Shown piece by piece: positions 10,871 through 23,400 of a stretch of 64,000 nt of DNA (position 1 is its first letter; every line of letters starts with the position of its first letter). Below the pieces are notes generated by a model. The model did no database searches and was not told where the DNA came from. It worked only from the letters and a program-made list of their open reading frames with translations. Position numbers and translations under genes: made by a program. The stretch spans positions 124,001 to 188,000 of the forward strand of contig JAPEUI010000003.1 of assembly GCA_026025075.1 (NCBI GenBank), read 5' to 3'. This DNA comes from Vezdaea acicularis (taxonomy: Eukaryota).

Positions 10871-13800
10871 GACGAGCGAGGTCTGGTGGGGGACGAAGGC
10901 GAGACGGACGCGAGTTCGGATCCCGAGCGAGGGACTTTGATGTGGGGGAGGCGAAGCGAAGGAGGAGGAGGAGGAGTTCGGTCGGGGCCCCCGGAGATTT
11001 GGCTTTTTCTTCCAAGGCGGTGGAGGTGGCGGTGGGAGATGAGCAAGAGAAGGAAAAGAAGAAGCAGGAGAAGAAGATGTTGCAGCGGGCGGATGCAGAC
11101 GCGGGCGTCGCTGGTGGTGGCTGGATCCCCGAGACGGAGAGAAGAAGCGCGGACGAAGCTCGAGTATCACAAAAACTGCTGCGCGGGTCGGGTCCACAGA
11201 TGCTTCGGCGACGACAGCATTGGCAAGCGGCCGCAGGGTTTATATGGAACGAACGCGGCGCCCTGGCTGCTACGGCGGGGACCTGAAGATTTGCGTTTTG
11301 CGTCGCGGCGTTCGACTTGTTGCGTGGGGAGAGACAGAAGACGGCCGTGGAGATGCTGCGTAAATACTGCGCTTGGTACTGCGCTCTGGTCGATTGATCC
11401 TCGACCGGGTTCCAGCGGACGCTGATCCGTATCGGAGGAAAGCCGCTGCGTCTTGCTGCTTGAACGAAAAAAACGGGTCGCTGTCGACGAAACTTTCCCT
11501 CGCAGCCCGTCGGCAGGGGCAAGAAACAGAGTTTCACGTTTCAGTTTTTTTTTCGTGATGCTGTGAGAGTCGAGCACGACGCTCTGGATTTTGGGGCCCG
11601 TGTGGTGTGGGATCCCGTGCTCCGGGCCGAGGGGAGGTTACGTCCCTGGCACGGCTTCCGCGGACGCTGCCGGCGGGGCGAGACGACGAGTCTGCTAACC
11701 CGGCGTGAGGGATTCGGGGCGCGGCTGCCGAGCACGCGAGCGACGCGAATGTGGAAATGGAAACGGCAGTCGAGGTCGAGCGTCGGCGCGGGACGACAAC
11801 ACCACGACCACGACGCCGGGGGTTGGTGCTGAGATTGATACTGATGCTGATGCTGATTGTAGGGGTGATACTGGTGCTGGTGCTCGCAATCGCTCCTCGA
11901 CGCAAGGCGGTTCACGCAGAGTGATGCTGCGGCCGCTCTAGCCACCTGCTCACTCCTCACCAGTGCCGATGCCGGACCCAATAAGGCCTGATGGCCACCA
12001 CGATGGGGAACGCGTGGGAACGAAACCGCAGATTGCCGGGGTAATGATCCTCCCGAGAGCTTCGAAGGTGCGGTATGGCCGGGTCCTTCAGAAGAGCGAG
12101 CCAAGGGCTACCAGATGGTCCGTGGGGCACCTCGGCGAGAAGGCGATATATCTTGCACGGTAAAGCTACTATCGTGCGTGCGCGTCCGTTGCGGGACGCT
12201 CTGCTCTTACTTCGATCGAGGAGCGTTCGTTCGGGAAAGGCAAAAGCGAAAAGGCGCACAGAAGGAGGCGGGGCGGGGCCTGAGCACACGATGCTCGAAG
12301 GGAACCGGCGTGGTGGGAAGAGGCTATCGGGAACTCGAGCTCCTTTACCGTCGACGACCCGACCTTGCGAAAGAGATGGATATCGAGGGCAGAGGTAGTA
12401 TGAATGGAAGCACAACAGAACCAACGAATGGCGGGGGGGGTGTGGAGGAGGCGGGATGGTAGGGCTGATGTCGAAGGGAAAACAATATCAGAGCGGGGGG
12501 GGCGGTTGCCCTTCATATGCTTTTCTCGATGCCCTCTCCCTGGCCTCCTCCCTGTCTCCTCCAGCAGAGAGCATTGACAGGGCGGAGAAAGGGGGTGTCC
12601 TGGGGACAAGGCCACGAGCGTCCAATGATCTCGCACGTACCGCCGCGCATCTGTTGTAGAAATGCCGGTGACGATGAAGTCACGCATGGCCCCCTCGCGG
12701 GAAGAGCGTGGGGAGAAGAGCGAGGTCGACAAGGGAAGGGGGGGAGGAGGAGGAGGGTGGGGTGAAAGGGGGGGGGAGGGTTGCACATTGCACCTTGCTC
12801 ATTGCACGATTGCATACCGGGGCGGGTTGGTCCTGCGTCGGGTCTGACAGCGTCGATGCACGGTTGGTCGTAGGGTCTGCCCTCGATTTAGGTCGGCTCC
12901 ACGCTCCGGCCTCTTCCGCGCGGGCGCACGGTGGGCGTCCGGCGCTAAAGCGGAGGCCGTCACTCGAGGGAAGCGCACACACGCGCACGGGGGGTGCAGC
13001 GGAGTGCAGCAGCGACGCATCCACGACGCAGCAGAATAGGTCGGGCTGCATGGGACCTTTTTTTAAGGCGCGTTTCATCGTCGGCTGAAACGGCCAGCCA
13101 AGCCCTTTCCGCCCCCCCTCCTCGCTCTTCCCGGGCACCGTACCTACATGAGGCTCTCGACGTGACCGCAGCGCCGGCCTATATCGAGATCGAAGTCGCG
13201 CGGCCAATGCGAGGCCGCAGCCCGCGCGGGGGATCGCCAACATCTGTATCAGAGGCAAGGACAGGCGCCCGTGGTGAAGCAGGCCAGACGGTACCTGCGT
13301 TGGCTGTGTGCCCGCGATGTCGAGGGGCCATCGGGGCGCCCGTCGACCGTCCCGGAGGCCGCGCCAAGCATACTTAGGTCTTCGGAGGGTTTTGCCCCCA
13401 TCCGGTCACGCCGCCTATTGGCCCCACGTCCGCACGCATCGTCAAGGGCCCGTAAGCTCGAAAAATACCCGTATCATCGCTTCGTCCGCGTTCTTCTGGC
13501 AAACGGCGATGCATTAACAATCCGCACTAGGTACCGATGTGGCCTCGTTTCTATTCATGGAAACAAGACCTTCCTCTTGCGCGATCGCTGCCATCCGCGC
13601 GATGCCTGTCATCTCGCGCACGATCGGGTCAGGTACAGCGTCGGTGGTCAGAGAAAGTGGCTCGTGTCGGCAGAGGGAGAGAGGGAGAGAGGGAGAGGGC
13701 GGGTGTGGAGGGGGACGAGGGGGACGAGGGGGGGTCGACGGTGGCCCGCGAGTCGTCGGCTGCGCTTAAAAATAGCATCGAGCCATCCGCGTGCCAAGCC

Positions 13801-14411
13801 CGCGGAACCTCGCCGGTCGTCCGTTTTCGGTCCCACGAGAACACGAAAGGAAAAAAAACTCGAGCTGGCCTGTCCACGATTGCTCGTTGGCATGCAACCC
13901 TCATGCCCACCGCATTTGCTGTCGAACCCTACTTGGGTGTTTTTCTGAGTTTTCCCCTTTTCTGTCCACACCCTCTTTGCTGATGAAACCTGCAAGCTGT
14001 TCGTCGGCGGGGTGCCCTTGTTTCCAGACAACCCGCGCGCCTGCAGCGGTCCCGTAGCCTTTTCTCTCTCTTTTCTTTCTCTTCATGACGATCACTTCCG
14101 ACGTCAGCATACCGATATAGGGGCCGTATGGGCATGATGGCAGCCTTGACCTAATGCGTTGGAGTCATCAGTCCTTCGCGGATGCTCTCGTTCATTCTCA
14201 TTTGCTCGTCCGGCGCATGAGAAAATCTGCACACCCCCAGCGAACCAGGATGCCTTGCGACTCTCGCCCTACGCCACACATAATCCCAAGCGTCTAAGGT
14301 TTTCTGGCTGCGTTAGTCGTGGTTGTCGACCAACAACCACCCCCCGCTTCATTGGGTCAACCGTCATCCTCGCCCGGAAAACACCCCACCATCAAACGCG
14401 GGTAGGCGAAC

Positions 14412-16668
14412 ATGTCGCGTCCGGTAGGCCAGGCCGCATCAACAAAGTCACTCCCCCCGGCGCAGCCAGTCTATGTCCTTCGAGGCCACAGTTGCGCTGT
14501 ACACGTCGTCCAGTTCTATCGGAGCAACTCCCGTCTGTTCACTGCCGACGCCGATGGGTGGGCCGTCATCTGGAACCTGGCGACGAAGCGCGCGGTGGCA
14601 GTCTGGCGGGCCCACGAGAATGCTGTCCTGGGCTTCGCTGCGTGGGGAGAGGATCGGATTCTCACGTACGTCAAGTCGAACGATCCTGCTGGTTCTGATA
14701 CTGATTCCCACGTGCTAGACATGGACGAGACCACCGACTATTCGTGTGGCAACTGGGCAGTGCGGAGGAGGGTTCGCTGAGCAAGGTACTCCCGGTCGAC
14801 GACACTGCATCGCACCGCCCTCAACCATGGCTCTTGCACGCGCTGAGCGTCAATACGCTCAACTTCTGCTCCTTCGCCCTTAGCCCTGTACGGGTACCTG
14901 CGTTGGTCGAGAGTGCTGGCACAAGTAGGCAATGGAGCGATGTGGCCGATGCCATCGTGGTGGCCGTCCCCAACTCGCTCAACTCGGATAGCGTGAGCAG
15001 CCATCTCCTGTGCCGCACGACCATGCCTTTCTGATAGTTGCCCCCGCCAGATCGATGTGTTTCATCTTCCTTCTGAGGCACGGATCCACACGATCCCTGC
15101 CGACTCGTCGGAGAAGACAGGTGGGTGCCCGCTATTCCCTCTTCTCTCAAGCCTGATAGCTCCCGGTCGAGTGGGCCCCCCTCCGGCCGAAAGGGTGGAA
15201 GTACCTTGGCTAGTCGACTGACTCTGCTCGTATCGCAGGTATGGTCATGAGTCTTAGCATGTTTCATGTATACGACCGACTCCTCACCCTCGCCGCTGGC
15301 TTCGAGAGTGGCCATGTTATCGTCGTTCAACACTCTCCCCCCACCGGCGGCTGGCATACCCTGTACGCCGTCAAACCGCATTCGCAACCAGGTATGATAG
15401 CTCCCGCCACGATCCGCACCCAGTCGAAGCTCTCGCCCCACTCAAGCTTCCCCCTCCCCCCTTAGATCCATGCTGACGTGCCCATGACGGGCATAGTGCT
15501 GGGCCTCGCTCTTCTGCCGGACCTATCCGCGTTCTTCACGTCGGCCGCGGACGCGATCATAGCCAAGCATCCCCTCCCCCACCTCGACTCCGCAGCCCCT
15601 CAGGATGCGAAACGATCACCCGCAGCGCACGAGGGATGTACCTCCGCCCCGGACCTTGCTCGGCCCGCACAGCCCACCGCCGTTGCAGAAGCTGCTCCTG
15701 ATCTCGAGGGCCATGATCTTCAGGTCGAGATCGACGGAGAAGTAGAACTAGCCGCCGATCTCGAGACCAAGGACGGGGCGGGCATCAGGGGGACTGGCAA
15801 CGAGAATGAAGGCGGCAAAACAGATGAACCGCCCCAACCCGCAGGATCAGACCTCGACTTCAGCAAGCGGCCAGTGGCGACTCTACCCCACCGAGTCAAA
15901 GCCACCTCGAGCCCGATCACCACATCCCCGTCGAAACAAGCGCAAGACACCCGCCACGCGACCGCCACGTCAAGCATCGCATCAGCCCTACTGACTTCCC
16001 CCCAGCAACCCACATACCCCCCAGACCTCCCTCCGTCCCCCCCACCACCGCACCTCATCCACCCAGCACAGTCCCAGTCCAAATCCACGCCACCAGAAGC
16101 TAGACCCACCCCCCCCTCCTCCACCACGCGAGCAGCAGCACCACCACCAACCAACCCACCATCCGCCCTCTCCAAGCTCCTCTCCCCCTCCCCCTCCTCC
16201 TCCGCCACACCCATATCCCAACCCCCCCCTCCCTCCCCCGCACCTCCACAAGAACCCCTACCCTCCCACCGCCTGAAAGTCGTCCAAACGCACCACGCAG
16301 GCCAGCAATCCCTGCGCGTCCGCTCCGACGGCGCTCTCTTCGCTACTGCCGGCTGGGACGGGCGGATACGCGTTTATTCCGCGAGGGGGATGAGGGAACT
16401 GGCTGTTTTGCGCTGGGGTGGTGGTGGTGTCAGTGCGGGAGGCAGAAATGGTGGGGGGGAAGGCGGTGGGGTTGATGGGTGGTATGCTGTTGCTTTTGGT
16501 GAGGTTCTTGACGACCGAACGGGGGATAGAGGAGGAGAGGGAGGAGAAGGGGTACTGGTGAAGAGGAACCAGTCGGTCGCAGAGAGGAGAGAAGAGAAGG
16601 TCCGCGCGATGCATTGGGTTGCGGGGGGCAGGAAGGACGGGAGGGTTGTGCTTTGGGATATTTATTAG
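14412..16668 (+). CDS. ASA1: ASTRA-associated WD40 protein Asa1-like, 5 exons
   Basis: N-terminal PPAQPVYVLRGH...LFTADADGWAVIWNLATKR...AHENAVLG, then NTLNFCSF, GQQSLRVRSDGALFATAGWDGRIRVYS and C-terminal WVAGGRKDGRVVLWDIY*; four canonical introns. Confidence 0.85.
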
Positions 16669-17032
16669 GGGTGATTGTGAGTAGTGCTCGAGGGAGAGAT
16701 TGGGGGGGTGGAGTAGGAGGGTCTTTCGATTTAGTTGGTAGGTAAAATCTGGCTCTATATCTCGTTTCAGCCGCACGCTGTATGCCCATTCTGTTTCTTT
16801 CTATAAGTGACTCGCTTCACCATCGCCTACGTCGCTAAACCTGCAACGAAACACCGAGACGTCGCCCACAGAAACCCTCCTTACGCCCCCCTAACTCACA
16901 TCCCACATCCCAATTCTTATCTCTCCACCTCCTCTTCCCAAACCCCAAAAAAACAACACCCTCATCCCACGCCCTCTAAACCAGTACCCAGAAAGAGCGG
17001 CAACGGCGGCGAGAGAGAGAGAGGGGGGAGGC

Positions 17033-19435
17033 TCAGGCGATATTAAACTCTCCCGCGCCCGCATTCTCCAGCTGCTTCCACTTCCTACGCATCCGGCGCT
17101 GAGCCTCCGCGTCAACATCTGCGGTCTGGGTTTCATCAACCTCCTTGCCAACACCCGCGTTATCAGCAGTTCTCTTTCCCCTCCGTTTTCCCTTCTCCTT
17201 CCTCTCATCCTGGCCCGCAGTCGCACCACCCTTCCCAGCCCCACGCACAGCCATTTCCCCAGGGCGATCGCGGAGAGCGAAAGCCTTGGCGAGATGACCC
17301 AGATGCAGGGTTTTGACGTCGAAGCAGTGGCGTTCGGCAAGGACATGTGTTGCGTAGGCGCGGACGCTGCTCTGGAAGGCGCGGCGGGCGGAAAGGAGGA
17401 GGGGGGGGGACGCTAAGAGTGTGCGTTCGGCGGCGAGTTGGAGAGAGGTGGCGGCTTCGGCGTAGGTGTTGCCGAAAGTTTTGAGGAGGAGGGATGGCGC
17501 GGTGTGGGGGGTGAGTCTTGATTGTGGGAGGCCTTCGGGAAGGAGGGTTTGGAGAAGGGGGATGTACCCTTCTTCGGGCCCGGGGAGGAGGAAGATGAGG
17601 GCGCGGCCGGGGTGGCCGGCGCGGGCGGTGCGGCCGATGCGGTGGAGGTGGTCGGGGAGGGAGAAGGGGGGGTCGTATTCGAGGATGAGGTCGACGTTGG
17701 GGAGGTCGAGGCCGCGGGAAGATAGGTCGGTTGAGAGGAGGATGCTGGGGTGGGGGGTGCTTGAGAAGTGGGAGAGGGTGGAGGTGCGGAGGGGAGGGGG
17801 GAGGGAGCCGTGTAGGCGGTGGAGGATGGGTGCGGGGCTGGGGGTTGTGGATGAGGGGGAGCTGAGGAGGGGGGAGGGGGCGATTGTTGAATTTGGGTCC
17901 GCGGTTGTGGACGGGGGTTTGATAGTGGTGGTGGTGTCGTTGGCGGTGGCTGGAGCGGACGTGCTGGCTATGGACGCTTCAGTCGTGTCTTCAGGGTTGG
18001 AGAGATTGCGGCTCAAGAGGGAAAAGTGAAAGTCGACGCTGTCAGCGCAGGAGAAGAAGACGATTGCTTTCTTGACGGAGCCCTGCCGCGCAAAGGCTCG
18101 TTTGAGCACAGCGACCAGCGTAACGAGGCGGAGTTTCGCGGGGACGATGGCGTACGATTGCTTCAGCTGCGCTGGAGCCGAGAATCTTTCGTCTTTCTGG
18201 CCGCCCTCAACTTTGTCGGAGGGGGTTGAGTCGGATGGCGAGGCCTGGAGGTGAATGGCGTCCTTTAGACTGATCTCTCCCAACCGCTGGACGTTCATCT
18301 TCATTGTCGCCGAACAGAGGACCGTGATGCGCCGTTTGGGCAACTTGGGGAATGCGGATCTGGAAAAGTTGCTTCGCTCAGCGAGCTTCTGGATGATGCC
18401 CTGAATCTCTTCCTCAAAGCCAAGTTCCATCAGTCGATCCCCTTCGTCGAGGACAAGCCACCGGACATTGCTGACGTCGAGGGCCTCTGTATTGGCTAGA
18501 TGGTCCGCTAGCCTTCCAGGGGTTGCGACCAAGATATTCAACCCCTTCCGCAGCCGTGCTTTTTCCGACTTCTTCTTCTCTCCTCCGATCACAGTCCCAG
18601 CGACCAACCAATGCGCGCAACCCATAAGACTCTCGAGCACGACTGACACCTGTCGGCATAGCTCTCGCGTTGGCGCTAGGATAATCGCAAATAGACCCGA
18701 GTCTCTATGCATTTTCCCATCCGCATTTTGCTGCTTGCTAGCCTCCTTTGTCGCAGCCGTGAGCCTCTGAACAATAGGCAATAAATATGCCAACGTCTTT
18801 CCCGACCCAGTCTCAGCTTGTATGAACGCGTCCGAGTCTTCCGATATGAGCTGTGGTAAAGCCCCCTTCTGGATTGCGGTAGGTGATTTCAGTTCGAGCT
18901 TTGTAAGGAGGTGGTTTGCGAGTGTGGGGGATAGCCCGAGAGTTGTGAAGGTGGATATCCCATCCGCGAGAGGGGCATTCGATGGTTCTGCTTCGACGTC
19001 GTCTCTAGTTGTCTTCTCCGGAGCAACCGTCGACTTTGGATTGAACGAGAAGAGGGACGAAATGACCTGGTGGGAAGTCCCAGCATCTTGTTTCTTGTTG
19101 CGCTTTCGGCCTTCGCTCTTGGAGGTTGATTCTGGCTTTTCTGTAGACTCTAAAGGGTCTGCATCCTCCTCAATCCTAGGCCTTTTCGAAGGCCTGACTT
19201 CAACCTCGGCCAAGCTGTTTGATGGATCCCCATTCTGTGTAGTTGGGGGCGCAGTCGAGATAGAATTCTCTTCTTTGCTAGAATCCGAAATTTTTATAGC
19301 TCTTCGAATTCGGTGCCGAGCAGCTTTTTTCGCCGAGAGTCTGTCCCTCCAGCGACCGCCTTTAAGTGGCTGCTTTGGATATAGCAGACCGTCTGGAACA
19401 GCAAAGTTAACAAGCATGTCATCGTCTTCCGCCAT
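17033..19435 (-). CDS. DBP7: DEAD-box RNA helicase Dbp7 (60S biogenesis), intronless
   Basis: AETGSGKT, PTRELC, GGEKKKSEKARLRKG, variant motif II DEGD, SAT, HRIGRTAR and C-terminal HLGHLAKAFALR..EFNIA. Confidence 0.93.
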   Translation of the reverse strand: MAEDDDMLVNFAVPDGLLYPKQPLKGGRWRDRLSAKKAARHRIRRAIKISDSSKEENSISTAPPTTQNGDPSNSLAEVEVRPSKRPRIEEDADPLESTEKPESTSKSEGRKRNKKQDAGTSHQVISSLFSFNPKSTVAPEKTTRDDVEAEPSNAPLADGISTFTTLGLSPTLANHLLTKLELKSPTAIQKGALPQLISEDSDAFIQAETGSGKTLAYLLPIVQRLTAATKEASKQQNADGKMHRDSGLFAIILAPTRELCRQVSVVLESLMGCAHWLVAGTVIGGEKKKSEKARLRKGLNILVATPGRLADHLANTEALDVSNVRWLVLDEGDRLMELGFEEEIQGIIQKLAERSNFSRSAFPKLPKRRITVLCSATMKMNVQRLGEISLKDAIHLQASPSDSTPSDKVEGGQKDERFSAPAQLKQSYAIVPAKLRLVTLVAVLKRAFARQGSVKKAIVFFSCADSVDFHFSLLSRNLSNPEDTTEASIASTSAPATANDTTTTIKPPSTTADPNSTIAPSPLLSSPSSTTPSPAPILHRLHGSLPPPLRTSTLSHFSSTPHPSILLSTDLSSRGLDLPNVDLILEYDPPFSLPDHLHRIGRTARAGHPGRALIFLLPGPEEGYIPLLQTLLPEGLPQSRLTPHTAPSLLLKTFGNTYAEAATSLQLAAERTLLASPPLLLSARRAFQSSVRAYATHVLAERHCFDVKTLHLGHLAKAFALRDRPGEMAVRGAGKGGATAGQDERKEKGKRRGKRTADNAGVGKEVDETQTADVDAEAQRRMRRKWKQLENAGAGEFNIA

Positions 19436-19774
19436 ACTGAAAACTAGACCAGTTGTAAGACTGGAGAATTGTTGGTGTATCTGCAAGGAACAGGAAGTTT
19501 CGGTGATCGGGACATCCCGTGCGGTTCGGAGGGGTCGCCGAGTCCGAATTTCCGCTAACGGAATCGTACCACCAGGAGAGTATTAACCTTTTGTGTGACC
19601 ATGCCAGCGACAAAGCTCGTATAAAGAGTCGAAGCATGTCAGACTGTCTGTCTTCTCCATTAATCAATCCTTCGACCCCTCTTCTCGGCTCGGAAAGGAG
19701 ACCAGAAATTTCACTCTCCTCTATCAGGTTTCAAGCTCTGGGATAAAGCTTTTTGTGGCGACGGAATCGCAAAA

Positions 19775-20725
<951 letters not shown>

Positions 20726-22342
20726 CATATGTACTCTTTTCTTCAACCTTCCCATTGTACTTATTCGACAGCTACTTGTATCAGCAGTTGCTTTTCAACG
20801 GAGATGTGCGCTCAAGACCCTTCCTATTAGGCACACGTGAGCTAAGAGCCTTGAGGGCGCCACGTATCACGGTCTTTCTCTAACTCGCGATTTGCTTTTT
20901 TTTTGGAGTGTCATACCACATAGTAGTGTAACTAAGTCATTGGCCAATCCGACCTAAATGGGCTGTTTGGCGATTGAGCTAGGCTCATCCGTGTTGATAG
21001 CTATCTGAGGAGGGCATCACGAGCAACCCTTTCGATGAGAATTCAGGGACGTGTGCCCTATACCTCCCTGACTCAACCTTATACAAACGACGAACTGCTT
21101 CTTACGTGCGGACAGAATATTCTGGAAATTCATGTAAATGCGGGCCGCAATTCAAGGTTTTGCTTGTCCCCGGAACCACGAGTGCGGCACCTGAGAGCTA
21201 GCTCTTCTAGGCAAGTCTATGCGCCAGGCGGCGGAGAACAAACCTGCCCTCCGCTTCCCGTCTCCACGCTCCGATGCTACAGGACTGAAAGGCAAATTGC
21301 ATAGACGCAATACACTCTATCTACCATGATCAATTCATGTTCTTGAAGAATAGGACAACAACCAGACCCGTCTTCAAAAATGGGATCTCTTTGGGAGGCA
21401 CTGGACCCCATTGGACGTTTGTCAAGGATCAAAAGAAGTCTGGAACATGGACAAAACATCAATGGTCTTAGTGCCGCCACGGTCAGGCGGGGCGCTCCAC
21501 GTTCCCCCACTCCACTATCTCATGCCACCCCTCATAAGCCCAACAGGATCTTACCGGCATATATCTACTTCCGCTTAGCCCATCACATCCAACCTCGCCA
21601 ACTGCTCCAGCACCACTTGCATCTGTTTAACCAGACCCCTCCAATAATAACGATAGACTTGCTTTTGCGGTCCGTGCGCTATCACCAGGAGCCCGATAGC
21701 TTGTAGACAGCCATAGCTCCAATACAAGCTATCTGAATTGATCACCTGAAGCAATCTTGAGCCTCCTTACCCCCCTCATAGCAGCTACAATCCTTGGCAG
21801 ATATCCGTCCAAATCAACACCATCTGGCAGCTTCAAGAACCTTGTATTCTTTGTCTTGACACAAACCAAGGCAATTTAGAGCATCTCCCTCTCGTGCCTT
21901 CTACACATCTCTAGCACGATCAACCAAGATCTGCTCCGTTGATGTCGGTGGACATACGCTCTTCTTGTACTTGTCTGCGTTTTCCATCTCGAGTCGAAAC
22001 TGTCTCGAGATCTCAGATTTCTAAAGTCCATACTGGTGATATCACAAGACCTGCCGAAGACCCTTGAATCTTCAGGAAGCTTCAGACGTATCAAGACTTG
22101 ATCGAGTTATCCTACTCACCGTCATATCCTGGACGTCACTAACTTTACAAGTAAAGCCAGATAGTAAGTTCAAGAACGATAGACGTTTGCTCATGCCTCA
22201 AATAGACCTGTTTGCCCCTATACGTTCCTGTTAACATGTCCCGTAGGCCGTCGCGCTGGCAGATTCCAAGGTCTCACTACAAACACAAGCCAGTCCCATC
22301 AAGCTCAAACATTCACTATATCACCATCACTATTAGCCCAGC

Positions 22343-23131
22343 ATGGCGACTACAAATTTCACCTCTGTCACTGCCACCATGGATAAACCTTCTTTAAAGA
22401 CCTCCATCAAAGCAACATCCATGGAGCCTCTTGTCCGTGAAGTGACTAAGCCTGAGTATCATGCAGCTGCCGTTACCCTCGCCGAAGCCTTCGTAAAAGA
22501 CCATGTCATACGCTATGTGATCGACACACCCGATATGGCGACATGCACTGAAGCCAAGAAATATGCCCTACATACCGAAGTATTCGACTACATCGTCGCC
22601 GCCCATATCCAGCGCGGCCTCGTAACGACCGTCGGACCGAACTACGCTGGCGTCGCAATCTGGATGGTGCCCGGCAGCAAGATGGACGACTGGAAGCTCC
22701 TACTCACCAGCGGGCTCTGGCGACTCAACTACAAGTTCTCGCGAGAGGGCCGAGTCCGGTTCTTCAACGAATTTCTCCCGCTCCTGGCGAGGACGAAAGC
22801 TGAAGTTCTTGGCCCCAGAGAGGATGAGTCGTATTACCTAGTCTATCTGGGAACGAAGCCAGACGCTCAGGGAAAGGGGTATGGGAGGACGCTGATCGAA
22901 CACATCACTGACAAGGCTGATCAAGAGGGCCGTCCTTGCTATCTCGAATCTAGCGCGGGTGAGAATATCACTTTCTATCAGCGCCGTGGGTTCGAGGTCG
23001 TGCGCACCATCTACCTCGAACGGGGTCATGAGCGACTCGGCATGGATGTGATGGTTCGTGAACCCAAGGGCCAGAAGATTGGAGCTAGAACCAGGCTTCA
23101 AGGAGAGGTCGAGACGCTTGGTGGGAACTAG
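22343..23131 (+). CDS. GNAT-family N-acetyltransferase, substrate unknown
   Basis: Intronless 262-aa ORF with YYLVYLGTKPDAQGKGYGRTL (acetyl-CoA motif A) and CYLESS...NITFYQRRGF (motif B). Confidence 0.85.
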   Translation: MATTNFTSVTATMDKPSLKTSIKATSMEPLVREVTKPEYHAAAVTLAEAFVKDHVIRYVIDTPDMATCTEAKKYALHTEVFDYIVAAHIQRGLVTTVGPNYAGVAIWMVPGSKMDDWKLLLTSGLWRLNYKFSREGRVRFFNEFLPLLARTKAEVLGPREDESYYLVYLGTKPDAQGKGYGRTLIEHITDKADQEGRPCYLESSAGENITFYQRRGFEVVRTIYLERGHERLGMDVMVREPKGQKIGARTRLQGEVETLGGN

Positions 23132-23400
23132 GCGTCGAAAGTGGGGATGTTATGCTGAGGAAGAAATTTGGCACCTAGATTGTTACATGCCCGTTGGAGA
23201 TATTTTGAAAACAGATTGAAATGTCATGGAAGTTTTCTTGCCTCTTTGATTTCTAGCTCTGATGTAGCCACCCAATGATATACTCTAAATGCGAGAACGT
23301 CAACACAGCTTCTCCAGAGCGCCTCCTATATTCCTCTCTATAAGCACCATAGCAAAGGCAGTAACCCTAGACGATTGCGTAAATGCCATATTTGAGCCCA

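Noticed and set aside
10840..14160. Many overlapping 60-230 aa ORFs in the intergenic block
   Set aside because: Arg/Pro/Gly/Ala-rich in all six frames with no domains or coherent splice pattern; expected from high GC.
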